DNA from: an uncultured Candidatus Rokubacteria bacterium
GTDB lineage: Bacteria > Methylomirabilota > Methylomirabilia > Rokubacteriales > DASRDR01
Reading direction: 5' to 3'
Assembly: GCA_963708025.1 (NCBI GenBank)
Contig: CAVPSB010000026.1
Coordinates: forward strand, 13,971-77,970
DNA length: 64,000 nt
Positions 1-9,458 of the stretch are shown piece by piece. Under the pieces are notes generated by a model. The model was not told the origin of the DNA and searched no databases. It saw only the letters and a program-made list of their open reading frames with translations. Made by a program: the position numbers and the translations under genes. Within the stretch, counting starts at the first letter, position 1. Every line of letters starts with the position of its first letter.

Positions 1-405
1 GTGTGCGTCATGCCCTATGTCGTGAACGACTACACGCGATATATCTATCCGCTCAAGCTGCACGAGTACCTGGCCACCGGGCGTCCCGTCGTCGGCGTCC
101 CGATCCCGTCGCTGGAGCGCTTTGCGGACGTGGTGACCCTGGCCCACGACGCCGAGGGCTGGATGCTGGCGCTCGACGCGGCCCTGGCGGCGGCGGCCAA
201 CAGCACCGAGAGCCAGGCGGCCCGCCGTGCGATCGCGCGGGCTCACGACTGGGAGGGACTCGTTCAGCATATGGCACGGTTGCTGGCCGAGCGGCTGGGA
301 CCGTCATACGTCACACGCCTCGAAGTGGCTCTCCAACTCGGCGCGACCGCCGAGTCGGCCGATGGCGTGTCGTGGCCGGGAACGGCTCCTCGTGGGTCTC
401 TTTGA
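1..405 (+). CDS. Glycosyltransferase (GT4/GT-B) C-terminal part, 5' truncated by window edge
   Basis: PLKLHEYLATGRPVV and HDWE motifs typical of a GT-B C-terminal domain. Confidence 0.8.
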   Translation: MCVMPYVVNDYTRYIYPLKLHEYLATGRPVVGVPIPSLERFADVVTLAHDAEGWMLALDAALAAAANSTESQAARRAIARAHDWEGLVQHMARLLAERLGPSYVTRLEVALQLGATAESADGVSWPGTAPRGSL

Positions 406-437
406 CGGCGCGTTCGTTCCGGCCCGGCGGAGGAGGA

Positions 438-1301
438 TCAGTACAGCAGGACCTTGAACTCCCGGTGTCCCGCCACCGAGGCGCGCAGGACGCAGAGGCC
501 GACCCTCCCGAGATCGACGGCGAGCCCGACTCGCTCATCCCGAGCGATCGTGCTCCACGCGTCTTTCATCCCATCGGACCACGCGATGTCGTCGAGGACC
601 AAGAGCGCCGTCTCGGCCAGAAACGGGATCGTCTGCTCGACGTAGGCGAGGGTGGCTTGCCCGTCGTGATGGCCATCGATGAACACGTAGTCAACCGGCT
701 GTCGGCGCTCCAGCACATCATCCAGCGTGTCCTCGAACCTCCCGGCCACCACCTCGACCATACCGAGGCCGAGGCGGCGAAGGTTGTCCCGCGCGATGTC
801 CGCCAGTGAACCCGCGCCCTCGAGCGTCGTGAAGGTTCCACGCCCGTTTAGCGTCAGCGCCGCCGCCTGATAGGCCGCCGAGATGCCGACGGCCGTGCCC
901 ATCTCGATACACGACGTCGGCCGGAGGGTGCGCACGAACCGAAACAGGAGCGAGCACCAGAAGGGGGACTTGCTCGCGACCGTGCAGATTTCACCGAGCG
1001 CTTGCGTCACCTCGACACCCGCTCGCATCGTCTCCGGCGCGCGTTTCGAGTCCGGACTTCCGGCGCCGTGGTCCGTCCACGTGATCGGCGTCGCGGACGC
1101 GTTCATCTCGGCGCGAAGATGCTCGATACGCTCGAACCAGACCCGCTCGTCGAGCGTCGATGCGGGTCTCGAGGCCGACTTGAGGGCGTGAACGATGGAA
1201 CGGGCGACGTGATCACGTTCGCGGCCCAACCGGTAGAGATTCCACGAGCGTTGGGCGGCGCGTCGAAGCGTGAGGAGGCGTGCGGCGACGCCGCCGGGCA
1301 T
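438..1301 (-). CDS. Class I SAM-dependent methyltransferase (Methyltransf_24-like)
   Basis: IEMGTAVGIS SAM motif; YVFIDGHH and LVLDDI motifs. Confidence 0.85.
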   Translation of the reverse strand: MPGGVAARLLTLRRAAQRSWNLYRLGRERDHVARSIVHALKSASRPASTLDERVWFERIEHLRAEMNASATPITWTDHGAGSPDSKRAPETMRAGVEVTQALGEICTVASKSPFWCSLLFRFVRTLRPTSCIEMGTAVGISAAYQAAALTLNGRGTFTTLEGAGSLADIARDNLRRLGLGMVEVVAGRFEDTLDDVLERRQPVDYVFIDGHHDGQATLAYVEQTIPFLAETALLVLDDIAWSDGMKDAWSTIARDERVGLAVDLGRVGLCVLRASVAGHREFKVLLY

Positions 1302-1385
1302 CGCTATGTCATCCTCTCCTTGCCCACGACGGCCCCGGGGCAGGGGGGTGGGATGAGTGGGTGAGTTTCGTGATACCCTCCTCCC

Positions 1386-2336
1386 ATGTCGACGACGCCT
1401 CCCCCGTACCTCTCAGTGGTCGTCGAGCTCGACAATGTGCTCCACGGCGAGGTCGCCCGGGCCCAAACGATGCTGACCCGACTCCTCGATCAGATCCGGG
1501 AGAACAAGCTCGAGCCGCGGGTGGAGGTTCTCGTGATGTACGACGAGACGGCCATCCGCCCGAAGGATGCCGAACGCATCGTCGCGACGACCGCAGCCGA
1601 GATTCCATTCGTCCAGCTGGTGCCGACCGAGAGCCTCAGATACTACTCGCTGAAGAACGAAGGGGGGCGGCGGACGAAGGGCGAAATCCTTCTCTTCGTG
1701 GACAGTGATTGCCTGCCCGAGGATGACTGGCTCCGACGGCTCCTCGAGTCGTTCCACAATCCCGAGGTCGACTTGGTGACCGGCAATAGCTACGTCGATC
1801 GGGACACGTTCTACGCGAAGACCTTCGCGGCGGGCTGGTACTTTCCGCCTCGCCTGCCCGATGGTCCGTTGGTGACCGTCCGGACGACGTTCGTGAACAC
1901 CCTGGCGATGCGGCGACACATCTTCGACAAGTACCCGTTTCCGGAAGTGACCTCCCTGTACATGGGCCAAGGTGTCACCTGGAACAGGACCCTGGCGACG
2001 AACCACGTCCCCATTTTCCTGAACCCGAGCGCGCGGGTAGCCCACCCGCCTCCGGTGTTCCTGCGCAGTGCCATCGTCAATGGCTACGACACTGCTCAGC
2101 GCACACGCCAGCCCGGCGAGACCAAGCTCCAAGGCTTGAAAGCGACGTACTGGGGGTTTCGGCAAAACCTCACCCGGCTTCGTGGCATCAGGCTCCGCTA
2201 TCGGGACGTCGGACTCCCACGCGCTGCGGTCCCGCTCGCGATCGCGCTGGCGGGAGTGTACTGGACTCTATGGAGTATAGCCGATCTGGTCACGCGCTGG
2301 GCGCCTCGCCTGATTCCGCACAAGCACCTGAGGTGA
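1386..2336 (+). CDS. Glycosyltransferase family 2
   Basis: LSVVV N-terminus, KNEG..GEILLFVDSDC (DxD) motif. Confidence 0.85.
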   Translation: MSTTPPPYLSVVVELDNVLHGEVARAQTMLTRLLDQIRENKLEPRVEVLVMYDETAIRPKDAERIVATTAAEIPFVQLVPTESLRYYSLKNEGGRRTKGEILLFVDSDCLPEDDWLRRLLESFHNPEVDLVTGNSYVDRDTFYAKTFAAGWYFPPRLPDGPLVTVRTTFVNTLAMRRHIFDKYPFPEVTSLYMGQGVTWNRTLATNHVPIFLNPSARVAHPPPVFLRSAIVNGYDTAQRTRQPGETKLQGLKATYWGFRQNLTRLRGIRLRYRDVGLPRAAVPLAIALAGVYWTLWSIADLVTRWAPRLIPHKHLR

Positions 2337-2373
2337 TCGTCGTCGGCAACGGCTGAGCTTCGCCGTCACCCCG

Positions 2374-3246
2374 CTAGTGCGGTCGCTTCAGCATCCGTCC
2401 GATCATGACCGTGGCACCGATCGCGAGGTGCCAGCCGACTCGGAGCGTGGCCAGGCGATCCCGGCCGGATCCTCGCCAGAGACCCCGCCACAGACCGTAG
2501 ATCTCCCACCAGGCGTGTCGGGTGACGGTCGGATCGCCGCTGAGGATGAACTTTGCGTAGTACGCACCGCGGCCGCGCGGGTACTCGACGCTGCGGTTGC
2601 GCGGCGCAGGGCGGTGAAAGACGACGGGTCTCGGGGAGAAGCGGGCCCGGAAGCCTGCCCGCAGGACTCGTCGAATGAAGTCGATGTCCTCGTAGGCGAG
2701 CCCCCGGCCGGGGCCCAGGCGGGTATCACGGCCGCCAACCGCGGCGATGACGTGGCGCCGCGCGGCCAGGTTACAGCCAGCCGCGAGCCCTTCCAGGAGG
2801 CACGTCGCCACGATGTTGACGACTCGGTCGTTGCGACTGACCGCCACGCCACGTTGGTCGGGATCCGCGTTCTGGACGCGGCCGCCGAGCAGGTCGAGCT
2901 CCGGATCGCGACGGAACTCGTTGACGACCTCGGCGACCCATCTCTCCTCCACGGTCACGTCGTCGTCGAGGAAGGCCACGATCGAGCCGCGTGCCGCGGC
3001 GGTGCCGGTGTTGACCGCGACCGCCTTGCCCCGGCGGGCCTCGGTCAGGAACCTGATGGCCAGCGTGTCGTTGGCGAGGCGGAGAGCGGCTGCCTCGATG
3101 GCGAGGTCGTGAGCCCCGTTGTTCACGATGATCACCTCCACCGTCCAGTCCGGGGGCGGAGCGCTGCGCTGCAGCGACCCCAAGCAGGCCAGAAGGTGCT
3201 CTGGGCGATCCCGGGTGGCAATGACGACGCTGATGACTTCGTTCAC
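2374..3246 (-). CDS. Glycosyltransferase family 2
   Basis: ISVVIATRDR, AFLDDD, YEDIDF motifs. Confidence 0.9.
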   Translation of the reverse strand: MNEVISVVIATRDRPEHLLACLGSLQRSAPPPDWTVEVIIVNNGAHDLAIEAAALRLANDTLAIRFLTEARRGKAVAVNTGTAAARGSIVAFLDDDVTVEERWVAEVVNEFRRDPELDLLGGRVQNADPDQRGVAVSRNDRVVNIVATCLLEGLAAGCNLAARRHVIAAVGGRDTRLGPGRGLAYEDIDFIRRVLRAGFRARFSPRPVVFHRPAPRNRSVEYPRGRGAYYAKFILSGDPTVTRHAWWEIYGLWRGLWRGSGRDRLATLRVGWHLAIGATVMIGRMLKRPH

Positions 3247-3672
3247 GTGAGCGATCTCACCTGGCAGCGGGGAACCGGCTCGCGGGAAGAGGGTCCGCCG
3301 GAAGGCGACACCCTGTCAAGCGTCCCGCCGGCCGCACTATCCTCTCGTCCATGCGATTGGGCGCGAGCCACAGCACCCATCCAGTGCATGATAATATCCA
3401 GAAACAGCGTGGTGTTCACCGGTCGCTACGCTTGCTCGACGGCTGCCAGGACATGCCCCGGGGTTCATCGATTGGAGTTCCCGGGCGACGATTGGCCGCA
3501 GCGGTCGCCCAGCTCAAATGCAGATCCAGCGCCGCACGTGCTCAAGCCGTGGCAAGAAACGGCAGTCTTACGCTTGACTCTGAACGAATTCAGCCGGTGT
3601 CCGCCGAGGCGATCGCGGTAGGTTTGGCCGGCTCCGCTACCGGGACCAGACTCGAAGGAGGAGCCCTCCCCC

Positions 3673-5496
3673 GTGCGCTTTTGCGGCAGCCTTCGTTGGA
3701 AGGTCGCACCCCGATCGCGGCCCTCACCTTCGACGCTTGCCCTTCTCGGTGAAGGGGCCGTAGACTGTACGCCCCCCGGCAGTGCGCGCGTGCGCGTCGC
3801 TGCGTGGTCGCCGGTCGGCGGCCGCCCCACACGGCGTGCAGTCGCCGTCGCCGACGGAGTCGCCGTCCTATTCAGTGGCTACCTCCGGGACATTCCACCA
3901 CGCCACGAAGGCGAGGCGGCTCACGTTCTCGAGAAATACCGTGCCGGCGACTGGAGCTGGCTCCGAGAGGCCAGCGGGGTCTTCGCCTTTGCCGTGGTGG
4001 ACGAGCAGGCCGATCGCTGCGTGTTGGGCGTGGACCGTCTGGGGATCCGGCCGCTGTTCTTCTGCGTCAGCGCGGAGGCCGTGACTTTCGCCGGCACGCT
4101 GTCGGCCGCCATACCCTGGGCCACGGGCCGACCCGAGCCGGACTGGGACACGCTCCAGGAGCTGATGGTGCTCGGCTTCCCGCTCACCAGCCGGACATTC
4201 CTCAGCGGAGTCGAGCGCGTGCCACCCGGTGCGGTGCTCGAGGTCCGGAGCGGTACGCTGCGGGCCAACCGTTACTGGTCGCTCGAGGAGGTGGCCACGA
4301 TCCGGTCCCAGCCGGTCGAGGGCTTTCTGGACGAAGCCCGGGAGCGACTACGGCACGCGCTGGGGCGACTGCTGGAGCGGGCCCAGGCGCCGACCCTCTG
4401 CCCGCTCAGCTCGGGCTACGACTCGCGCCGCCTCCTCCTGGAGGCGCATGCTCTCGGGGCACCGCTGGCGACGGCGGTGACCGCCGTGTGGCCGTACCCG
4501 GGCCGGGGTGGAACCACCATCGAGCCGACCGTGACCGGCGAGCTGTGCCAAAGGCTGGGGCTGCTCCGTCGGCTCGTCCCGCTTCCCCGGGCGGGCGGAG
4601 CGGTCGAGCCCCGGCTCGCACGGCACGTGCGCGACGTCCTTCTGGACTTCCAGGTCTACGGGCGCCATCACATCTGGGCGGTGCCGCTCGTGGCCACCCT
4701 GCCGGCCTCGGACCGGCAAGCGAGTCTCGACGGCATGGCGGGCGACACCTTGTTCAACAATCCGTTCTACTCGCTGCCTCGTGCGGTATGGGGTCGATGG
4801 CGGCCGGATGTGGACGTCCTTGACGCTATCGCACCCGGGCGAGAGACCGTTGACCGACCCTGGGGAGACCTGCTCTCACGGTCCCTCTCGGCGCGGATCG
4901 CCGATGCCCTGACCGCGCTGCCCGAGGGCCCCAATCGCCTGTCGTTTTTCTACCTGCTCGGCCGGACCCGAACGATGGTGGCCCTGCTACCCTACGGGCT
5001 CCTGGACTTGCGCCTGGAATCCCTCTGTCCATACCTCGACCGCGACGTCGTGGACCATGCCCTGTCGTTCGATCCCGTCCTCAAGGGCGATTTGCGGCTT
5101 CAGGAGCGGGCGCTCCGGCTCCACTTTCCAGCGTTTGCCGACATCCCGTCCTCTCATTCCCCGCCTTCTGCGGTTCCGCCCGCGTATCTCCTCGAGATGG
5201 AGTTCACCGATCTCGACTTCCCCGGACGCCTCACCAGCCGCGATCTCGCCCGGCTCTTGTTCAGGAGAGCCGGTGATCGGCTACCCCGGATCGCCGGCAA
5301 GGATCTCGCCTTCGCCGGCCTGAGCACCGTCGGCTTAGGTCGGTTCGTCGGTCGATGGCGCGAGCCGCGCCTTCGTGATCTCCTGCAGGCCGCCCGGGCG
5401 CTCGCCCTGCTCGGCGGTGGCGACAGCGAGCGGGTAGCGCGGGCACAGGCAGCGGCTCTGACCTGGCTCGAACGTTGGCGACGGAGTGGCTGCTGA
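3673..5496 (+). CDS. Asparagine synthase (AsnB)-related amidotransferase, probably polysaccharide-modifying
   Basis: AAGGAGGAG RBS before GTG; GVFAFAV..DRLGIRPLF GATase segment; LSSGYDSR PP-loop; PYLD. Confidence 0.8.
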   Translation: MRFCGSLRWKVAPRSRPSPSTLALLGEGAVDCTPPGSARVRVAAWSPVGGRPTRRAVAVADGVAVLFSGYLRDIPPRHEGEAAHVLEKYRAGDWSWLREASGVFAFAVVDEQADRCVLGVDRLGIRPLFFCVSAEAVTFAGTLSAAIPWATGRPEPDWDTLQELMVLGFPLTSRTFLSGVERVPPGAVLEVRSGTLRANRYWSLEEVATIRSQPVEGFLDEARERLRHALGRLLERAQAPTLCPLSSGYDSRRLLLEAHALGAPLATAVTAVWPYPGRGGTTIEPTVTGELCQRLGLLRRLVPLPRAGGAVEPRLARHVRDVLLDFQVYGRHHIWAVPLVATLPASDRQASLDGMAGDTLFNNPFYSLPRAVWGRWRPDVDVLDAIAPGRETVDRPWGDLLSRSLSARIADALTALPEGPNRLSFFYLLGRTRTMVALLPYGLLDLRLESLCPYLDRDVVDHALSFDPVLKGDLRLQERALRLHFPAFADIPSSHSPPSAVPPAYLLEMEFTDLDFPGRLTSRDLARLLFRRAGDRLPRIAGKDLAFAGLSTVGLGRFVGRWREPRLRDLLQAARALALLGGGDSERVARAQAAALTWLERWRRSGC

Positions 5497-5964
5497 TGAG
5501 ACAAGTGCGTAGCAGCCTGGCAGCAGGGATTCCAGTCCGGCTCGGTGCGCGGAGGGGCGGCGCGTCGTCGGCGAGCCTGGCGGTCAGTGACGAAAATTCG
5601 GGTACCACCAGTGTCTCGCTCGAGCACACGACACCCAAGTCGTTGTTATTCGAAGTGTCCGCGTTGGCATGTCCGTTGCTCAACAAGTGGGGTCGCCGGG
5701 CATGGCGGGACCGGCGTCCCCGGTGGCCCGAGCCGGGCCGCGCGGAGGCATCCGATCGTGGCTGAAGCACTGTGCGCCGTGTGTGGGTGAATGCTGGAAG
5801 GCATCGGCCGAAGAGAGCGTGCGGATCGCGCCGGTGAGCCCCTCGAAGCACAGTCGCGCGGCTGGCAGGGCGCGGGCGACCGGCGAGAACGTGTGCACGG
5901 CGGCACACCTTCTGGAAGGGATGGCGATACCGTGTCACCGTTGCGCCCGCGCGGCCGGGTTTGC

Positions 5965-5994
5965 TTGACGGCCGGTTCGGACGCGGAGTAGACT
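5965..5994 (+). promoter_or_regulatory. sigma70-like promoter for the cyclase gene
   Basis: TTGACG-18nt-TAGACT about 50 nt upstream of ATG 6046. Confidence 0.55.
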
Positions 5995-6045
5995 GACTTC
6001 CGCCTCCGCCTGTGCCGCGCCTGATCCGCCGGGACGGAGTTCGAG

Positions 6046-9000
6046 ATGCAGTGTCCTGGGTGCCAGGCCGAGAACAGAGAGGGGCGCCGCTTCTGCGCTG
6101 CTTGCGGCGCGCGCCTCGCAGGCGCCTGTGACGCCTGCGGCTTCTCGAACGAGCCCGGGGAGAAGTTCTGCGGCGGCTGCGCCACGCCGCTGACGCCTTC
6201 GGAGCGAGCGACCGCGCTCAGCCTCGCGTCCCCCGAGTCCTACACGCCCAAGTATCTCGCCAGGAAAATCCTGACCTCGAAGAGCGCGCTCGAAGGCGAG
6301 CGCAAGCAGGTGACCGTGCTGTTCGTGGACATCGTGGATTCCTCGGGGCTGGCCGGCCGCCTGGATCCCGAGTCGATGCATCAGCTCATGGACCGGGTGC
6401 TCCGGCTGATGGCGGACACCATCCACCGGTATGCGGGGACGGTGAACCAATTCCTCGGCGACGGCCTCATGGCCCTCTTCGGCGCGCCGCTCGCCCTGGA
6501 GGATCACGCGGTCCGCGCGGTGCAGGCGGCGCTGGCGATCCGTGAGACGGTGAGCGGGTACAACGAGCAGCTCAAGCCCGAGCGCGGGGTGGAGATCCGC
6601 CTCCGCCAGGGGCTGAACAGCGGGCTGGTGGTGGTCGGCAAGATCGGTGACGATCTCCGGATGGACTACACCGCCATCGGCGATACCACCCACATTGCCT
6701 CTCGGATGCAAGCGCTCGCGGAGCCCGGGACGATCTTCATCACGGACGCCACGCATCGCCTGGTCAGGGGGTACGTCAACACCGAAGCCGTCGGCCCGGT
6801 CGAGATCAAGGGCCGGGCGGAGCCGGTGTCCGCGTTCAAGGTGACCGGGCGCCGCCGCCGGCGGAGCCGGCTCGAGGTGCACGCGGAGGGTGGCCTCGCC
6901 GGGCTGATCGGGCGCGAGCGGGAGCTGGCCGTCCTCCAGGACTGCCTGGCGCGGGTGAGGGGCGGGCGCGGCCAGGTGGTCGGCCTCGTGGGCGAGCCGG
7001 GCGTCGGCAAGTCCCGGCTAGTGCACGAGTTCCGCCAGTCGATCGAGGGGCAGGCCATCACGTGGCTGGAGGCGCACTGCGTCGACTTCGGTCACGTGAC
7101 GCCGTATCTCCCGATCATCGATGTTCTGCGGATGAATTTCCACATCGAGGACGGGGACAACCCCCTCCAGATCGAGGAGAAGCTTCGCCAGGGGATCCGC
7201 CAGATCGACCCGCGGCCGGACTCCGGCCTCGATCGAACCCTGCCGTTTCTGCGCGAGTTGCTCGGGTCGGCGGTCGAAGACGAGGCGGTCAAGTACCTCG
7301 ACCCGAAGGAGAAGCGACGGAAGACCTTCGAGGCGATGCGGGCGCTGACGGTCGCGGGGGCGCAGGGCCGGCCGCTGGTCGTGGTCCTCGAAGACCTTCA
7401 CTGGATCGACAAGACATCCGAGAACTACGTCGCCTTCCTGATCGAGAGCCTGGCCGGCGTCCCCGCGCTCCTGCTCACGACGCATCGCCCGGGGTACGTC
7501 GTGCGCTGGGCCGACAAGACCTACTACACGCAGATCGCCGTCAACCTGCTCACCGAGGGCGAAGTGGAGGCTCTGATCGCCGAGATCTTCCATGCCGGCC
7601 ACGTCCCCCCGGACCTGGTGCGTGTCATCCAGCAGAAGGCCGAGGGGAACCCGCTGTTCGTGGAGGAGATCGCGGCATCGCTCGGCGAGTCCGGGCTCCT
7701 CCGGCGGAACAACGGCGGGTTCGTCTGGGCGAAAGAGGTGCCGGTCGAGTTCCCCGGCAGTATCCAGGACATCATCCGCGCGCGGCTCGACCGGCTGGAC
7801 GATCCGGTCAAGCGCACCGCGCAGACCGCCGCCGTCATCGGACGCGCCTTCGGCGTCAACCTGCTGACCCGGGTCTCCGAGATCGCGCAGGAGGTGCAGC
7901 GGTACCTCGACACCCTGAAGCGGGTCGAGCTGATCCACGAGAGCCAGTTCCTTCCGGAGGTCGAGTACATCTTCAAGCACGCCGTCATCCAGGATGTCGC
8001 CTACCAGAGCCTGCTCGCGCCCCGGCGCCAGGAGCTGCACGACGCGATCGGCCGGGCGATCGAGGAGCTCTATCCCGAGCGGCTGGAAGAGCTAGCGCCC
8101 ATCCTGGCCTATCACTATGCGCGGAGCCGCCGGCTCGATAAGGCCATCGCGTGGGCCTTGCTGGCCGGGGATCGGGCGGCCCGGCTGTACGCCCATACCG
8201 AGGCGACCGCCTACTACGAGCAGGCGCTCGCGATGGCCCGAGCCCTGCCGCTGTCGGCCGACGCCCACCGGGCCCAGGTCAACGCGACCCTGAAGCTCGC
8301 GGCCCTCGGCGCGACCCGGGAGGAGATGGAGCGGGACCGGGCGAACCTCGAGCAGGCCCGGGGCTTGGCGGAGACGCTGAAGGACTCGGCCCGGCTGTCC
8401 CGGGTGCTCTACTGGCTCGGGCGGCTCCACTACGTCCAGGGCGACTATCCGACCGCGATCACCTATGCGAAGCAGAGCCTCGACATCGCCGACCGCCTCG
8501 GAGACGACGCGCTCGCCGCGCTCCCCGTCAATCTCCTGGGCCGCGTGTACTGGTGGACCGACTTCGGCGCGGCCAGCCAGCTCCTCGAGCGGAGCATCGA
8601 GCAGATGCGCCGCCTGGGCAACAAGACCGAGGAAGCGACCGCGGCGGGTTACGCGGGGACGGTGCTCGGCTTCATGGGGGAGTTCGATCGCGCCCTCCCC
8701 CACGCCGACCACGGCATCTGGCTCGCCCGGGAGATTCAGAACCCATTCGCGGAGGCGGCCGCCGCGTTCTATCGGGGGATGATCCTGGATCAGCGCGGCG
8801 AGTGGCGGCGCGCGCTCGCGGACTACGAGGTGACCCGCGGGATCGCCGAGCGCACGGGCGACCTCTTCCGGCTCTACCTGGTGACCTTCTGCCAGGGCCG
8901 TGCCTACACGATGGCCGGGGATCCGAGCCGGGGTCGGGTGATGCTGGAGGAGGCGTTGCACCTGGCCGGGCGAATCGGGACGCGCTTCTTCGTGGCGGGC

Positions 9001-9393
9001 GTCAAGGCGGCCCTCGCCACGTGCCTCACGCGCCTGGGAGAGCTGGCGCCGGTCCCGGCGCTCTGCGAGGAGGCCATCGGCATCAGCCACGAGACCGGTG
9101 ACCGATTCTTCCGCGCGCTCGCTCACCGGGCGCTCGGGGAGGCCCTGCTCCGGATGGATCCGGCCGACGCGCCCAGGGCCGAGTCCGCCATGCTCGAAGC
9201 GATCCGGCTCCAGGAAGAGATCGGTGCGAAACCCGAATTGGCGCGAACCTACATCGCCTACGCTCGTCTGCTCCAGGGCCGAGGCGAGGCCGAGACGGCG
9301 CGCGGCTACCTCACCCGGGCCGTGCGCATGTTCGAGGAGATGGGGATGGCGTGGGACCTGAAGAGCATGGGGCGGGCGCTCGAACAGGTCTGA
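6046..9393 (+). CDS. Double zinc ribbon + class III nucleotide cyclase + AAA/STAND ATPase + TPR protein
   Basis: Four CxxC pairs; VTVLFVDIVDS and FLGDG cyclase motifs; GEPGVGKS Walker A, LEDLHW Walker B, GNPLF; helical TPR-like C-terminus. Confidence 0.9.
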   Translation: MQCPGCQAENREGRRFCAACGARLAGACDACGFSNEPGEKFCGGCATPLTPSERATALSLASPESYTPKYLARKILTSKSALEGERKQVTVLFVDIVDSSGLAGRLDPESMHQLMDRVLRLMADTIHRYAGTVNQFLGDGLMALFGAPLALEDHAVRAVQAALAIRETVSGYNEQLKPERGVEIRLRQGLNSGLVVVGKIGDDLRMDYTAIGDTTHIASRMQALAEPGTIFITDATHRLVRGYVNTEAVGPVEIKGRAEPVSAFKVTGRRRRRSRLEVHAEGGLAGLIGRERELAVLQDCLARVRGGRGQVVGLVGEPGVGKSRLVHEFRQSIEGQAITWLEAHCVDFGHVTPYLPIIDVLRMNFHIEDGDNPLQIEEKLRQGIRQIDPRPDSGLDRTLPFLRELLGSAVEDEAVKYLDPKEKRRKTFEAMRALTVAGAQGRPLVVVLEDLHWIDKTSENYVAFLIESLAGVPALLLTTHRPGYVVRWADKTYYTQIAVNLLTEGEVEALIAEIFHAGHVPPDLVRVIQQKAEGNPLFVEEIAASLGESGLLRRNNGGFVWAKEVPVEFPGSIQDIIRARLDRLDDPVKRTAQTAAVIGRAFGVNLLTRVSEIAQEVQRYLDTLKRVELIHESQFLPEVEYIFKHAVIQDVAYQSLLAPRRQELHDAIGRAIEELYPERLEELAPILAYHYARSRRLDKAIAWALLAGDRAARLYAHTEATAYYEQALAMARALPLSADAHRAQVNATLKLAALGATREEMERDRANLEQARGLAETLKDSARLSRVLYWLGRLHYVQGDYPTAITYAKQSLDIADRLGDDALAALPVNLLGRVYWWTDFGAASQLLERSIEQMRRLGNKTEEATAAGYAGTVLGFMGEFDRALPHADHGIWLAREIQNPFAEAAAAFYRGMILDQRGEWRRALADYEVTRGIAERTGDLFRLYLVTFCQGRAYTMAGDPSRGRVMLEEALHLAGRIGTRFFVAGVKAALATCLTRLGELAPVPALCEEAIGISHETGDRFFRALAHRALGEALLRMDPADAPRAESAMLEAIRLQEEIGAKPELARTYIAYARLLQGRGEAETARGYLTRAVRMFEEMGMAWDLKSMGRALEQV

Positions 9394-9458
9394 GCGTGGT
9401 CTCGCGCCGCGGCGCGCCGCCGTGATCGCCCCGGGTGACGATGGAAGGGAGACGTGCC

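Noticed and set aside
3351-3752. Polysaccharide deacetylase suggested by ALTFDAC
   Set aside because: A stop follows almost immediately, and the motif overlaps the well-supported AsnB-like start in another frame.
3673-5496. Lasso peptide cyclase
   Set aside because: No precursor, B1 or B2 genes seen; the neighbours are glycosyltransferases.
5497-5960. Coding gene in the AsnB-cyclase spacer
   Set aside because: No ORF with convincing motifs, RBS or codon pattern.
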